A model generated the notes under the pieces. The model saw only the letters and a list, made by a program, of their open reading frames with translations. It did no database searches and was not told the origin of the DNA. From a bacterium (lineage in GTDB: Bacteria > 4484-113 > JAGGVC01): a stretch of 64,000 nucleotides of DNA. Where the stretch lies: positions 714-64,713 of the forward strand of contig JAGGVC010000056.1 in NCBI GenBank assembly GCA_021158185.1, given 5' to 3'. A program made the translations under genes and the position numbers. Positions 47,134 to 58,066 of the stretch are shown piece after piece (within the stretch, counting starts at the first letter, position 1; every line of letters begins with the position of its first letter).

Positions 47134-50100
47134 ATGATGCGTGGAATCATTTCTTTCATTATCGTACTTGCTACGCTGACATACGTTTTATTCGCCTGTT
47201 CGGGCAGACAAGGGCCGCCAGGCGAACCAGGAGGGCTAACGACGGGGGTCTCTGGAGTCAGTTCTTCCACAGTTGATTCTCTAAAAACCGACATTCAGGA
47301 ATATGTTCCACCCGCGGACATTGATAACGACCTTTTCGATAAGCTTGCCGAAAAGCTCCTAAGCGATTTTACAGCATTCAGCGAAGGCCGTCTGCCTTCT
47401 CAAGGGGGCGGTGAAACGGTTGAGCTCGATGTCGTAATCACGGATAATGAAGATGAAACGTCTACTTACGCGTGGCGGTTCCATCATTCCGGAGATTACG
47501 ATCTTTCGGGAGACGTGGGAGTGCCTGACATTACGCCCATCGCGCAGAATTATCTCAGTTCAACAACAGACGGCGTAAATGACAGGTTTGAATCGTTCAT
47601 TGACGGAGACAGTTCCGGGGAAATCGGTATCGCAGATATTACACCGATTGCGGAAAACTACCTGAGCATCTACCAGGTGTGCGCGGGGTTCTTCTCCGTG
47701 GAACCACAGCCGGATGCAAGTCTGGAAGAATGGCAGAGCGGGGCATCGTCTTTTGTGCAGGCGATGCTTCCACCACCTGATGAAGGCTTCGTACCTCTCA
47801 CCATCAATCTAGATGCGGAAGACGATTATTACGGTCAAGTGAGTTTGACATTTTCCGACAGCCTGCTCCCCGAATCTCCCGGCGAGTACTTCTTCGTTGT
47901 TCGCAGCCTCGCCGATCCACCTGCGTTCATCGCAACTGCTGCATTCAGCGTAGAAAGCACGGGGCCGCCTGTGATAGAAAGCGTGACACCGACTGCGGGA
48001 GCTATCGAGCAGGAAACTACGTTTGAAGTGCATCTGGCATCCGGCGAAGCACCCTTTACGTATGCTTGGGATTTTAACGGAGCGGCGACGCCCGAGACAT
48101 CAGAGGAAGCATCCCCGACCGTTCTTCTCGGCGAAGAAGGTGCATACGTCGTAAGCGTGACAGTGACGAACGAGCTTGGTTCGGATTATTTCGAGAATAT
48201 TTTCGAGATACTGGCCGCACCTGAGATTCTCGGTGTTGAGCCTGCGATTGTCTATACAGGACAGGAAACAACGTTCGTTGCCGATGTGGAGGGGGTGAAA
48301 CCTACGGAATACTCCTGGGATTTCGGCGGCGGTGCAACCCCCGGTACGTCGGATGAAGAAAGCCCGACGGTTACAGTAGGCGCGATAGGTACTTACAGTG
48401 CGAGCTTGTCGGTATCAAACGAATATGGAAGTGATTCGTTCGAATGGTCGCTTGATATTATAAGCCCTGCTCCTGTGATTAACTCGGTTGAACCTACTAA
48501 CGGGTTCGCTGGCGAGTGGATTACTATGACCGCGGATCTTCTCGGCGCGCCGCCGTTCCAGTATGCTTGGATGTTCGATAATGCGGCTGAGCCTTCTATT
48601 TCCAGTCTGGCTTCACCGACAATATTCCTGACAACACCGGGTGTATACGACATGCGATTGACCGTTTCAAACGAGTTCGGAGATTCCGAGTACAACTGGA
48701 GTTTCTGGGTCTACGAAGGTGTACCGCAAATACTGGAGGTTTCTCCTCTCGTTGCACCGAATGGTAGGGAAATAACCTTCTCGGCAACCGTAATAGGCCG
48801 CGAAACGCTCCATTACATGTGGGACTTCGGCGACGGCGCGACGCCCAAGCTGGCCTTCGAAGAAAATCCTACAGTTACAACCAATCCTTCTTCCGGAAAG
48901 TACAGCGGAAGCCTTACCGTGGTAAACGACTTGGGCGAGGACGTCTTTCCCTTCACGCTTAATGTGATAGCTTCTCCGTTCCCGCCCGTGATTGAAAGCG
49001 TAACGCCTACCGAGGGCGATTCCGGCGAGGAGATTACGATGTCTGCAGTTGTGACCGGTACTTTACCCATCTTCTACTCGTGGGATTTCGGAGATGGAGC
49101 GGACCCGAACACATCAACCTCTCTTTCGCCTACTGTAACGCTTCTCGGACCGGGTACTTACGATGCTAGTCTGAACGTATCGAATGATGCCGGTTCCGAT
49201 ACTTATCCATTTACACTTACGGTTCATCCGATTGCCGGGCAGTGGACAACGGAGATTGTCGAATTCGGTGGAGACTTGCCGACTGGCTGGTATGCAAGCC
49301 TCGTGTTCCTTCCCACCGGCGAGCCGATGATCGCATATCAGGAAAAGATGTCCTCCAGCACTGCAGCACTAATGACCACAGTTAAAAGAGATTCTGTATG
49401 GGAAACTGAAATAGTCGACGACGGCAGTGGCGGAATCACAGCAAATGTATTGGACATGGCCCTGGACGGCGACGGCAATCCGGTAATCGCATACCAGTAC
49501 GTAGGAGGAGAGGAGCCGGGATTCTTTTTCGATCTGATGGTAGCCTGGTGGAACGGTGTCTCCTGGGATATCTCCTCAGTCGACAGCGATCCTAGTGGTA
49601 CCCATCAAACCGGACTCTACATCGATATCGACTTCGCTCCGAGCGGAAAGGGGCTTATCGCTCACCTCTACGGCCATGGAGGGCAAGATTACCATACCGA
49701 GCTAAGGTCGGTCATATGGGACGGTTCATCCTGGAATGCAGAAACCGTCATTGGTGATCCGCATGAACCTTTGGACATAGCCGGAATACTAGACGCAAAC
49801 GAAACCCCCGTCTGTGCTGGCAGGGTCTTCGATTTCGATACGGGGGACAAAATGGGGCTCAGGGTATTCTGGTACGACGGCTCAGACTGGGTCGATCATC
49901 AGATCACAACCGATATTGATGATGGGTACCACATTTCGATGGCGCTCGACGGCGAAGGAAATCCATCGCTCTGCTGGTACGACTATAACCTGGGCGACCT
50001 CAAGTACATCCGCTGGACAGGAACTGAATGGGGTGCAGTGGAAACCGTCCGCGGCATGGGCGACGCCGGTACGTACAGTTGCCTTGCATACAGCCCCGAC

Positions 50101-50325
50101 GGAGTTCCTTACATCAGCTATTACTACATCAGTCATAGACGGCTTCAGTTAGCATACAAGCCAGGTTCGATTTGGATCAACAAGGTTATAGACGACGGCG
50201 GAGCGGAGGGACATCCTGTAGGCAAGTTTTCGTCGATTGCTTTCGATCTTGACGGCCTTCCGCATATCGCATACCAGCAGTTCGGCGCAGGGCAGTTCGC
50301 CTTGAAGTACGCAACGCTGCACTAG
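47134..50325 (+). CDS. Large lipoprotein: N-terminal dockerin-like repeats, five PKD-like domains, C-terminal beta-propeller-like repeats
   Basis: GGGAGG SD and lipobox VLFACSG. Dockerin-like DYDLSGDVGVPDITPIAQNYL and DGDSSGEIGIADITPIAENYL. There are five Y.WDFG..A.P units. C-terminal repeats resemble ALDGDGNPVIAYQ. Confidence 0.8.
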   Translation: MMRGIISFIIVLATLTYVLFACSGRQGPPGEPGGLTTGVSGVSSSTVDSLKTDIQEYVPPADIDNDLFDKLAEKLLSDFTAFSEGRLPSQGGGETVELDVVITDNEDETSTYAWRFHHSGDYDLSGDVGVPDITPIAQNYLSSTTDGVNDRFESFIDGDSSGEIGIADITPIAENYLSIYQVCAGFFSVEPQPDASLEEWQSGASSFVQAMLPPPDEGFVPLTINLDAEDDYYGQVSLTFSDSLLPESPGEYFFVVRSLADPPAFIATAAFSVESTGPPVIESVTPTAGAIEQETTFEVHLASGEAPFTYAWDFNGAATPETSEEASPTVLLGEEGAYVVSVTVTNELGSDYFENIFEILAAPEILGVEPAIVYTGQETTFVADVEGVKPTEYSWDFGGGATPGTSDEESPTVTVGAIGTYSASLSVSNEYGSDSFEWSLDIISPAPVINSVEPTNGFAGEWITMTADLLGAPPFQYAWMFDNAAEPSISSLASPTIFLTTPGVYDMRLTVSNEFGDSEYNWSFWVYEGVPQILEVSPLVAPNGREITFSATVIGRETLHYMWDFGDGATPKLAFEENPTVTTNPSSGKYSGSLTVVNDLGEDVFPFTLNVIASPFPPVIESVTPTEGDSGEEITMSAVVTGTLPIFYSWDFGDGADPNTSTSLSPTVTLLGPGTYDASLNVSNDAGSDTYPFTLTVHPIAGQWTTEIVEFGGDLPTGWYASLVFLPTGEPMIAYQEKMSSSTAALMTTVKRDSVWETEIVDDGSGGITANVLDMALDGDGNPVIAYQYVGGEEPGFFFDLMVAWWNGVSWDISSVDSDPSGTHQTGLYIDIDFAPSGKGLIAHLYGHGGQDYHTELRSVIWDGSSWNAETVIGDPHEPLDIAGILDANETPVCAGRVFDFDTGDKMGLRVFWYDGSDWVDHQITTDIDDGYHISMALDGEGNPSLCWYDYNLGDLKYIRWTGTEWGAVETVRGMGDAGTYSCLAYSPDGVPYISYYYISHRRLQLAYKPGSIWINKVIDDGGAEGHPVGKFSSIAFDLDGLPHIAYQQFGAGQFALKYATLH

Positions 50326-50661
50326 TTGGCACAACGGTTCTTGGAGATTGAGCATCGTGGATGATGCTTGTGATGGGCAAATCTAGTCGTGTGCCCGGTC
50401 GCACATCCACGTTTCAAGCTGGCGGGATAAAGTGTCGTGTTGCTTGATCAGCCGTATCACGCGTACGAGCACTTGCTGTGCTGACGCTGGGTAGACCGTA
50501 TTAGAATCATTTTCTGATGTGCGAGCCACGTTGAACCTGTTTTGAGGAAATCAGCGATTTACATATTTTAACGTCTTCTATGCCTAAAATTCGGTGATGA
50601 ACCTCATTATCACGATATAATCTTATGTACTTATAATTTTTTGTTTTCTTTGGTGGTAATC

Positions 50662-53616
50662 ATGAATCTTGAAAGAGCTTTGGTATTTTTTGTTGTTGTC
50701 GCGGTTTTTCTCGCAACCGTGTCCGCTTGCTCGGGCAAGAACGGAACGAGCCGCTTTTCTGGCGATACGCCAGCCGCCGATTCGGCTGTAACATCCGTGA
50801 GTGTCGAAGGCGCAAAAAGTGCGGTAGAGAACTATTCACCGCCAGAGGGTGTCGATCCCGAACTTTTCGCGATGCTCTCCGAGAAGTTCATGAAGGACTA
50901 CGAGGCCATTTCCGAGGGGCGAATGGTTGCCCAGGATGAAACCGCCGAGCCCGATCTAGTTCTTACAACGACCGACAACGGCAACGAGTCGTGGACATAC
51001 GAATGGGAGTATTACAACATCGGCGACTACGACCTCAACGGAGAAGTGGGCGTTCCCGACATTACGCCGATCGCCGTCAATTATCTTCTACCTGTAGAAG
51101 GCATACTTGTACGTATACGCAGCTTCATTGACGGCGATGGCGATGGGGAAATCGGCGTTCCCGATATCACGCCCATTGCGACGAACTATCTGAACATATA
51201 CGAGATATCCGCCGCGTTCTTCGTTGATGCCCCTAGCCTCGAGTGGAGCCTGAGCGAGTGGGATGAAAACGCACTCTATTCGATAAGGACAGGGACGAAC
51301 TGGCAGGAACACGGGATGCAGAAGCTTACGCTCAATAACAATAAAGACTTCTATGGAGTCTACGGAAGGGCCAGCGTTATTTTTGCAAACGCGGTCCTTC
51401 CCCAGGAGCCTGGTGCGTACTATTTTGGCGTCAGGAGCGCTGCCGATCCTCCAAGGTTTGTTTCGACAGGCCGGATCTCCATCGGCCAGTCCGGCGTGCC
51501 GGTTGTGGGCAGCGTTTCCCCGCTTGAGGGATGGGAAGGCGACGAAGCCACGTTCTCCGTTGAAATGATCGAAGGCATTGAGCCGTTCGAGTACAGCTGG
51601 GGCTTCGGAGGAGCTGCCACTCCCAATACGTCAACCGAGGAGAGTCCGACTGTCACGCTTGGTGAACCTGGGACGTACGACGCTGTTCTCACGGTAACCA
51701 ATGATTTCGGCGAGGACGTCTTCGACTTCGAGTTCGAAGTTATTTCCCTTGCGCCCAGCATAAAGGATGTCCAGCCGCAGTCCGGTACGACCAATTCCGA
51801 GGTGACGTTCACTCCTACAATAACTGGAATTTTGCCGATGACTTACGACTGGGACTTCGGCGGCGGAGCCGATCCCGACACATCTACCGACGAAACTCCC
51901 ACAGTTACACTCGTCGCGGACAGTGATGACTACAGCGCGAGTCTTACCGCAACGAACGAGTACGGTACTGACGAGTTCGACTTCACGCTCACCGTGGGCG
52001 GAGAAGCACCGGTAATCACGGAAGTATCGCCGCTTGAAGGCGATATGGATGAAGAGGTGACGTTCTCTGCCACCGTGATCGGCGAGGAGCCGCTTTCCTA
52101 CACCTGGACTTTCGGCGATGCAGCCACTCCTGCAACCTCAACGCAGGCCAGTCCGACGGTTACGCTGGCCAGGTTCGACGGTAAATACGACTGCAACTTG
52201 AGCGTTTCGAATTCTTGGGGAGAAGGAACGTTCGATTTCGAGATTACTGTGAACTACGTGGACCTTCCGCCGCTCGTTCACAGCGTGTCGCCGACTGGCG
52301 GGCCGACCGGCACACCAATTACGATCCAGGCCGTCGTATCCGGCATGGAGCCCATTACATACGCCTGGGATTTCGGAGGCGGCGCCGATCCTGATACATC
52401 CGATCTCCCAAGCCCGACGATCACGCTCGGCGATCCCGGGGAATACAGTGCAAGCCTGTATGTTGAAAACGGTCTCGGTAATGACACTTATGACTTCGCA
52501 TTGAACTCCTATCCCGAGGGAGGCGATTGGGCGTCCGAAATAGTCGATTTCGGCGGCTCGAATGCAACAGGACTCGGAATCAGCCTCGTGTTCCTTCCCA
52601 CCGGTGAGCCGATGATCGCATACAAAGCCAAGGTCTCCTCCTCCAACAGGGTGCTAAAGGTCGCCAAGAAAGTTGGTGAAACCTGGCAGATAGAAGTTGT
52701 CCACGACGGCGATGGCGGATATACGGGTGCGGAGCCCTGTATTACCCTTGATCCATCGGGCAATCCGGTCATCGCATTCCAGTACGAGAACGACGGCGAT
52801 TACAACACTTACAACGATCTTTTAGCCGCCTGGTGGAACGGTTCTTCCTGGGATATTTCGCTTATTGAAGGTGACGGCACAGGGCTTAACCGCTGTGGAT
52901 TCGGCACAGATATCGGGTTCCTTCCTTCCGGCGAGGGCTTTGTCGCACATTTCCGCCATATGGACATGTCAACCCCATCGCAGGTCAGGCAGCTTCTCTG
53001 GAACGGATCGAGCTGGTCGGGACAGACCGTCGTGTCATTGACAGACATCCAAGAGGACGGCATTTACGACACTGGCTCAGTGTTGATCGCAGACGGCAAT
53101 CCGGTAATCACTGCCGCATACTTTATCGGTTCATCGGTCTCCTTCAATTCGTTCTGGTACAACGGATCAGGCTGGAACCAAAGCACTATCGCTTCGATCA
53201 AGCAGGCCTCAAGTATTTCAGCGGCGCTCGACGGCAACGGCAATCCCTGCGTTGCATATTACCATTACGATCCCGACATTTCCGACGGCGATCTCAAGTA
53301 CGTCGCCTGGAACGGATCGTGGGGAGCGTCCGAGCCAGTCTATACCGTAGGTAAAGCAGGCTCGTACTGTTCACTCGCATTCAGCCCAACCGGAAATCCA
53401 TGGATCAGTTTCCTGGACAAGGACAACAGCGAGCTCAGAGTCAGCAATAAAGTGGGCGCTTCCTGGGAGAATGAAGTGGTCGACAGCGGCGGTGGCAGCG
53501 ACTTCAAGGTCGGGAAGTACACTTCGCTCGCGTTCGACAGCGACGGCGTACCGCACATCGCCTACCAACAGTACTCGAGCGGCGACTATGCTCTTAAGTA
53601 CGCAACGCTTTACTAG
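50662..53616 (+). CDS. Paralogous large lipoprotein: dockerin-like repeats, four PKD-like domains, beta-propeller-like C-terminus
   Basis: Same architecture as 47134..50325. Lipobox TVSACSG after the ATG at 50662 (track TTG start 50641). Both proteins end in (F)ALKYATL(H/Y). Confidence 0.8.
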   Translation: MNLERALVFFVVVAVFLATVSACSGKNGTSRFSGDTPAADSAVTSVSVEGAKSAVENYSPPEGVDPELFAMLSEKFMKDYEAISEGRMVAQDETAEPDLVLTTTDNGNESWTYEWEYYNIGDYDLNGEVGVPDITPIAVNYLLPVEGILVRIRSFIDGDGDGEIGVPDITPIATNYLNIYEISAAFFVDAPSLEWSLSEWDENALYSIRTGTNWQEHGMQKLTLNNNKDFYGVYGRASVIFANAVLPQEPGAYYFGVRSAADPPRFVSTGRISIGQSGVPVVGSVSPLEGWEGDEATFSVEMIEGIEPFEYSWGFGGAATPNTSTEESPTVTLGEPGTYDAVLTVTNDFGEDVFDFEFEVISLAPSIKDVQPQSGTTNSEVTFTPTITGILPMTYDWDFGGGADPDTSTDETPTVTLVADSDDYSASLTATNEYGTDEFDFTLTVGGEAPVITEVSPLEGDMDEEVTFSATVIGEEPLSYTWTFGDAATPATSTQASPTVTLARFDGKYDCNLSVSNSWGEGTFDFEITVNYVDLPPLVHSVSPTGGPTGTPITIQAVVSGMEPITYAWDFGGGADPDTSDLPSPTITLGDPGEYSASLYVENGLGNDTYDFALNSYPEGGDWASEIVDFGGSNATGLGISLVFLPTGEPMIAYKAKVSSSNRVLKVAKKVGETWQIEVVHDGDGGYTGAEPCITLDPSGNPVIAFQYENDGDYNTYNDLLAAWWNGSSWDISLIEGDGTGLNRCGFGTDIGFLPSGEGFVAHFRHMDMSTPSQVRQLLWNGSSWSGQTVVSLTDIQEDGIYDTGSVLIADGNPVITAAYFIGSSVSFNSFWYNGSGWNQSTIASIKQASSISAALDGNGNPCVAYYHYDPDISDGDLKYVAWNGSWGASEPVYTVGKAGSYCSLAFSPTGNPWISFLDKDNSELRVSNKVGASWENEVVDSGGGSDFKVGKYTSLAFDSDGVPHIAYQQYSSGDYALKYATLY

Positions 53617-53706
53617 CAACTCAGGGCGTTAGCGCCTGAATGGAATAATTGCCGGCGCGCAGCTTGTTTGTGTGCTGGTACTGAAGTTGTTTGGATTCTG
53701 ACGAAT

Positions 53707-53740
53707 AAGGCGGAGCATGTAGCTCCGCCTTTCATTTCAT
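53707..53740 (+). terminator. Rho-independent terminator
   Basis: AAGGCGGAGC-ATGTA-GCTCCGCCTT followed by TCATTTCAT. Confidence 0.65.
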
Positions 53741-53814
53741 AGAGCGTTCAAAGCAGTACTTCCCGTCTGAATAGCGCAAATACGCGCATTGTAATGTGAT
53801 ATTATTCCGGCGCT

Positions 53815-54150
53815 ATGGATGAAGCTGGAACCGATGAACTGATCGAGCATTTGCTGCTGCTTTCGAGGCTTAAGTTGAGCGACGACGAGCGTGCCGAGTT
53901 TACGCGCAAGTTCGAGAGGCTTCTTGAGTTTGTTGAAGCGGTGAACGAAAGTGAAGCGGTTTCGGACGTCGGCAGAGCGTCTGGAGCGGGAAGCTTGAGC
54001 TACATGGATTCGATGCCTCTGGGCGAAGATGAACCGAGGCGGTTTGAATGGCCGGACGGCTTTCATCATGAATACATCGTTCCGATCATCGTCGGCGGGG
54101 AAACCGCTCAAGAAAGTGAAGATGGCGAAAGCGGCGGTGGCGAAATATGA
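53815..54150 (+). CDS. gatC: Asp/Glu-tRNA amidotransferase subunit C
   Basis: LIEHLLLLSRLKLSDDERAEFTRKFERLLEFVEAVNE. ATGA overlap with gatA. Confidence 0.85.
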   Translation: MDEAGTDELIEHLLLLSRLKLSDDERAEFTRKFERLLEFVEAVNESEAVSDVGRASGAGSLSYMDSMPLGEDEPRRFEWPDGFHHEYIVPIIVGGETAQESEDGESGGGEI

Positions 54151-55847
54151 GCGGCACGACCGGCGCAGACAGCGGTAACACGCAGGGAAATGATGCGAGA
54201 CATCCGCTGTCACTCACGGCTCACGAGCTTATGGACAAGTTCGGTTCCGGGGAACTCGCGCCTGACGATCGCGCGCGCGATCAGCTCGATTTCGCGCGCG
54301 AAATGGACAAAATCCTGCGCGCGTTTTACGAAATCGCGCCCTCTCCGACAAACCAAAAGGAAGCTGACGAACCAGGTTCCGGCATGGGTGATAAGAGCCC
54401 TTCATCTCATTCACGTGCTGGATTTGACGGTCAGATCGACGAAAGAATGACGGTCGGGCGTGAGATACTCAAGAATATTCCAGTTAGTTTCAAGGATATC
54501 TTCACTGTTAAAGGGTTTCACGCCACCGCTGGAAGCAAAATCCTCTCCGGATACCGTCCGCCTTACGATGCAACAGTCGCCGCGCGCACGAGAGCTGCAG
54601 GCAACTTCATCGTAGGCAAGACGAGCCTCGATGAATTCGCGATGGGCAGCAGCAACGAAACGAGCGCATACGGCCCGTGCTTCAACCCATGGGACATCGG
54701 GCGGGTGCCGGGAGGAAGCTCGGGCGGCGGCGCGGTAAGCGTTGCGGCATGCCAGTCGGTTGTGGGATGGGGGACAGACACGGGCGGAAGCGTCCGCCTG
54801 CCCGCTTCGTTTTGCGGGATTGCAGGCTACAAGCCGAGTTACGGGCTTTTATCGCGCTTCGGCCTTATCGCATACGTATCGAGCATGGATTCCCCGTCGA
54901 TTTTCGCTCGCGATACGCTCGACATCGCACTTGCGATGAACACGGTGTGTTACGGCGACAGCTACGATGCAACGGTCAATGTTCCTGAACCGGTCCCTGA
55001 TTTTGTCCGTGAAAGCGATCCGAATCAGATCGGGAAACCGCGGCTTGCCGTAATCAAGGAACTAACTAGCGAAAAAATCCTTGATCCGCGTGTTGCCGGG
55101 CGATTCTACTCGGTGGTGGACAGCCTTCGCAAGGCTGGTGCGATCATCGAGGAAACGAGTTTTCCCTTGTGGGAACTGGCGCTTCCGGCGTATTACATCA
55201 TTACAACTGCGGAATGCAGCAGCAACCTGGCGCGTTTCGATGGTGTACGGTATGGTCCCGGAGGCCATACCGAATCGGCGTTGCTTGATATGTACTTTGC
55301 AAGACGGGGAGGGCCGGATGGTTTCGGGCCTGAGACGAAGCGAAGAATACTTCTCGGTACGTACGTCCTTTCGTCGGGATACTTCGATGCGTATTACAAC
55401 AAGGCGCGGGCGCTCAGAAAGATGGTGGAGTCCGGAATTGCCGAACTTATGAAGAAGTACGACGGGCTGATCTTTCCTACCGCACCCGATCCCGCATTCA
55501 AATTGGGCGAACGGATGGACGATCCGGTGAAGATGTATATGTCGGATATAGCCACAGTTGCCGCGAACCTTGCGGGCGTATGCGCGATCAGCCTGCCGTG
55601 CGGCACGGTCGAATCAGCCGACAGCTCACTCACCGATGATGCAAAGTCCGCCGGGATAACACGCGAGATGGTTGACGAATGCTGTGATGACGACGGCGAG
55701 ATAAGGCTTCCGGTGGGATTGCAGATTATGGGAGCAAGGTATGGCGATGCGAAGCTTTTGGCGCTTGCAAGGTGGTTTGAACGTGTTACCGGCCTGGGGT
55801 ACGAAATTCCTCCGCTGATCAAAAGGAAGCTCTCAGCCTGGCATTGA
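54147..55847 (+). CDS. gatA: Asp/Glu-tRNA amidotransferase subunit A, with two short insertions
   Basis: Amidase signature GKTSLDEFAMGSSNETSAYGP...VPGGSSGGGAVSVAA...GTDTGGSVRLPASFCG. Confidence 0.9.
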   Translation: MSGTTGADSGNTQGNDARHPLSLTAHELMDKFGSGELAPDDRARDQLDFAREMDKILRAFYEIAPSPTNQKEADEPGSGMGDKSPSSHSRAGFDGQIDERMTVGREILKNIPVSFKDIFTVKGFHATAGSKILSGYRPPYDATVAARTRAAGNFIVGKTSLDEFAMGSSNETSAYGPCFNPWDIGRVPGGSSGGGAVSVAACQSVVGWGTDTGGSVRLPASFCGIAGYKPSYGLLSRFGLIAYVSSMDSPSIFARDTLDIALAMNTVCYGDSYDATVNVPEPVPDFVRESDPNQIGKPRLAVIKELTSEKILDPRVAGRFYSVVDSLRKAGAIIEETSFPLWELALPAYYIITTAECSSNLARFDGVRYGPGGHTESALLDMYFARRGGPDGFGPETKRRILLGTYVLSSGYFDAYYNKARALRKMVESGIAELMKKYDGLIFPTAPDPAFKLGERMDDPVKMYMSDIATVAANLAGVCAISLPCGTVESADSSLTDDAKSAGITREMVDECCDDDGEIRLPVGLQIMGARYGDAKLLALARWFERVTGLGYEIPPLIKRKLSAWH

Positions 55848-55858
55848 ATTGAACGGTA

Positions 55859-56110
55859 ATGCCGCGCGGGAGACCGCACGAATACGACGAGGCGCCGGAG
55901 GAGCCGGATGTTAACTATGGCGAGTTCGGCTCGCTTGCCGAGAAAATGAAGGGAAGCATACCCGTACCGGACGATGCAAGGCTTAAGGAGCTTCTCGATG
56001 ACGGGAAACACACGGAAGCACGGGAGCACGCGCTGGAAATGATGGAGGTTGCGCGTTCGCTGGATGATACGAAGCGTGCCGAGACCTATCGAAGATGGCT
56101 CGGTGAGTAG
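55859..56110 (+). CDS. Hypothetical small acidic protein
   Basis: 83-aa ORF directly after gatA on the same strand. No obvious SD and no family recognised. Confidence 0.3.
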   Translation: MPRGRPHEYDEAPEEPDVNYGEFGSLAEKMKGSIPVPDDARLKELLDDGKHTEAREHALEMMEVARSLDDTKRAETYRRWLGE

Positions 56111-56153
56111 TAAGCAAGCCTTTCACATTGCGGCAGAGATTCCCTGTGCACCG

Positions 56154-56744
56154 CTAATCAGTGTCGAAGTCTATTCCGTGAAAAGAGCGCATCAGGGCTA
56201 TCATTGCCCCGCGATGCGATGCTTCATGAGAGATCATCGCTCCGAGCACGCGCACCGGATTAGGCGGGCCGTTAACGAGGTTCTCCTTTGGATACTTCCC
56301 TTCATAAGCGAGCTTCTTCAATTCCTCGAAGTGCTTGATGCTGCCTTTGGTCGGCGCATGAGCATCTTCGATCGGCCAAGCAAGCACTTCTTCCCACATT
56401 TTGCGCGCGCGAACGAGGTGATCCTGAATGTCCTCGGCGCAGAATTCGCGCGCCGGTTTCCAGATTCCGCTGTCGTCTTCAGGAAATTTCAAAAAGAATC
56501 TGTCATCCATCTCTTCGCCCATAAGCTGGCCGTAAAACATATGCGCGGCATCTGCGATGTGTGCGGCGATTTCGCCTAGGCTGAACTGCCATTTGCCGTC
56601 GGGACTGGGAGGGCGCCACGCTGCGAGCTCGTCCGTAAGTTTTGAGACGACCTGGTCGGTCAAGTCCGCATTCCAGCGGTACGCGGGGAATGCATTGGCA
56701 ATTGTCAGTGTTACTTGAGCAGACGAATCCATTGTTTCCTCCAA
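56154..56744 (-). CDS. DinB-superfamily protein
   Basis: FSLGEIAAHIADAAHMF and the C-terminal ISHEASHRGAMIALMR fit the DinB/DinB_2 metal-binding His pattern. Confidence 0.7.
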   Translation of the reverse strand: MEETMDSSAQVTLTIANAFPAYRWNADLTDQVVSKLTDELAAWRPPSPDGKWQFSLGEIAAHIADAAHMFYGQLMGEEMDDRFFLKFPEDDSGIWKPAREFCAEDIQDHLVRARKMWEEVLAWPIEDAHAPTKGSIKHFEELKKLAYEGKYPKENLVNGPPNPVRVLGAMISHEASHRGAMIALMRSFHGIDFDTD

Positions 56745-56898
56745 GCACTCTCACTACGCCGTTCAGACGTGGTTGACATCAACATAATAGCAGGTCTTAG
56801 GGGATCGCGCCCGCGATCCACACGCGCGATCAGGCGCGCGATCGCACGTTTCGCGTACGCGATTGCAGCCGATTTCATGTGCCCGGCGCCTTGTTCGC

Positions 56899-57714
56899 CT
56901 AGCCGAATCTTGCGCCGGTGAGTGCCGTTGGACAGGGGCATTCGCCATCGGGCGGCGTTTCGGGTAGCCGTGAGATAAGTTCGGCCAATACCCTCTTGAG
57001 TTTTTCGATGTTTTCGCCGAATACTTTCACGACTTCCTCGTGGCTCACCGGCTTAACATCGGGATGCTCGGTAAGTCCCGCGTCGTAATCCGTAATCGTC
57101 GAGATATTCACATAGCAAATTTCGAGTTCGCGCGCGAGAATCGCCTCGGGATACTGGGTCATGTTTATCACTTCCCACCCTTGTCCGGTGAACCATTTGC
57201 TCTCCGAGCGTGTCGAAAACCGCGGCCCCTGAATAACGACGACTGTTCCTTTAGCTTTGTAAGGAACAGATGCTGCCTTGCAGGACTCCGCAGCAAGACC
57301 GCGCATCCGCGGGCAGTACGGATCGGCGAATGAAACGTGCGTTGTGATCGGCCCATCGTAGAACGTGTCCGCGCGCCCGTTCGTCCTGTCCACAAGCTGG
57401 TCGCAGATTACGAACTCGCCTACCTTGACATCGGGTTGCAGGCTTCCAGCAGCGCACGGCCCGATGATCTGCTTTACCCCAAGCTCCTTCATCGCCCAGA
57501 GGTTAGCGCGGTAGTTTATGGCATGCGGCGGCAGGTTGTGCGCAGAGCCGTGACGCGGGATGAATGCAACCGTTTTCCCTTCCATTTCGCCTATCGTCAC
57601 TGCATCGCTCGGCGCGCCGTAAGGAGTGTTGACGATCACGCGCCGCGCTGCATCGAGAAGCGAATAGAATCCGCTTCCGCCGAATATCCCAATCGTCGGT
57701 TTCTTGTCAGTCAT
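56899..57714 (-). CDS. mtnP: S-methyl-5'-thioadenosine phosphorylase
   Basis: IGIFGGSGFY, AFIPRHG..H.LPPH.INYRAN, and VINMTQYPEAILARELEICY. The ATG at 57714 is preceded by AGGTGG; the track start is 57933. Confidence 0.9.
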   Translation of the reverse strand: MTDKKPTIGIFGGSGFYSLLDAARRVIVNTPYGAPSDAVTIGEMEGKTVAFIPRHGSAHNLPPHAINYRANLWAMKELGVKQIIGPCAAGSLQPDVKVGEFVICDQLVDRTNGRADTFYDGPITTHVSFADPYCPRMRGLAAESCKAASVPYKAKGTVVVIQGPRFSTRSESKWFTGQGWEVINMTQYPEAILARELEICYVNISTITDYDAGLTEHPDVKPVSHEEVVKVFGENIEKLKRVLAELISRLPETPPDGECPCPTALTGARFG

Positions 57715-58066
57715 ATAACCACCTGCCTGAGAATCAATTGCTGAATGAACACCGTTTGCTCGCGGGACGCTTCCATCTCCAGGATCGCCCGGCATCTCCA
57801 TCCTAGCATCAAACCTACCTGCGTGCAGCACCGGATAAATTTGGGAGATGAAATATCGGTGCGAGCGTTTTGCGGGCAAATTCCAGCGAGCGTAGTTTTG
57901 CTCCACCGCAAAAAACGACATTCGCGCAAGCAAGTTCGTGGTATTATTTTGCTGCCGCGTTTGGCGGAATCATCGGGACAAGGAACGGATTGCCCGTGAT
58001 ATGCAGGAGACTGGTTTGCAGAGGGATGCACAAAGAAGGATTGACCGGAATGGGAAGGACGAAAGC

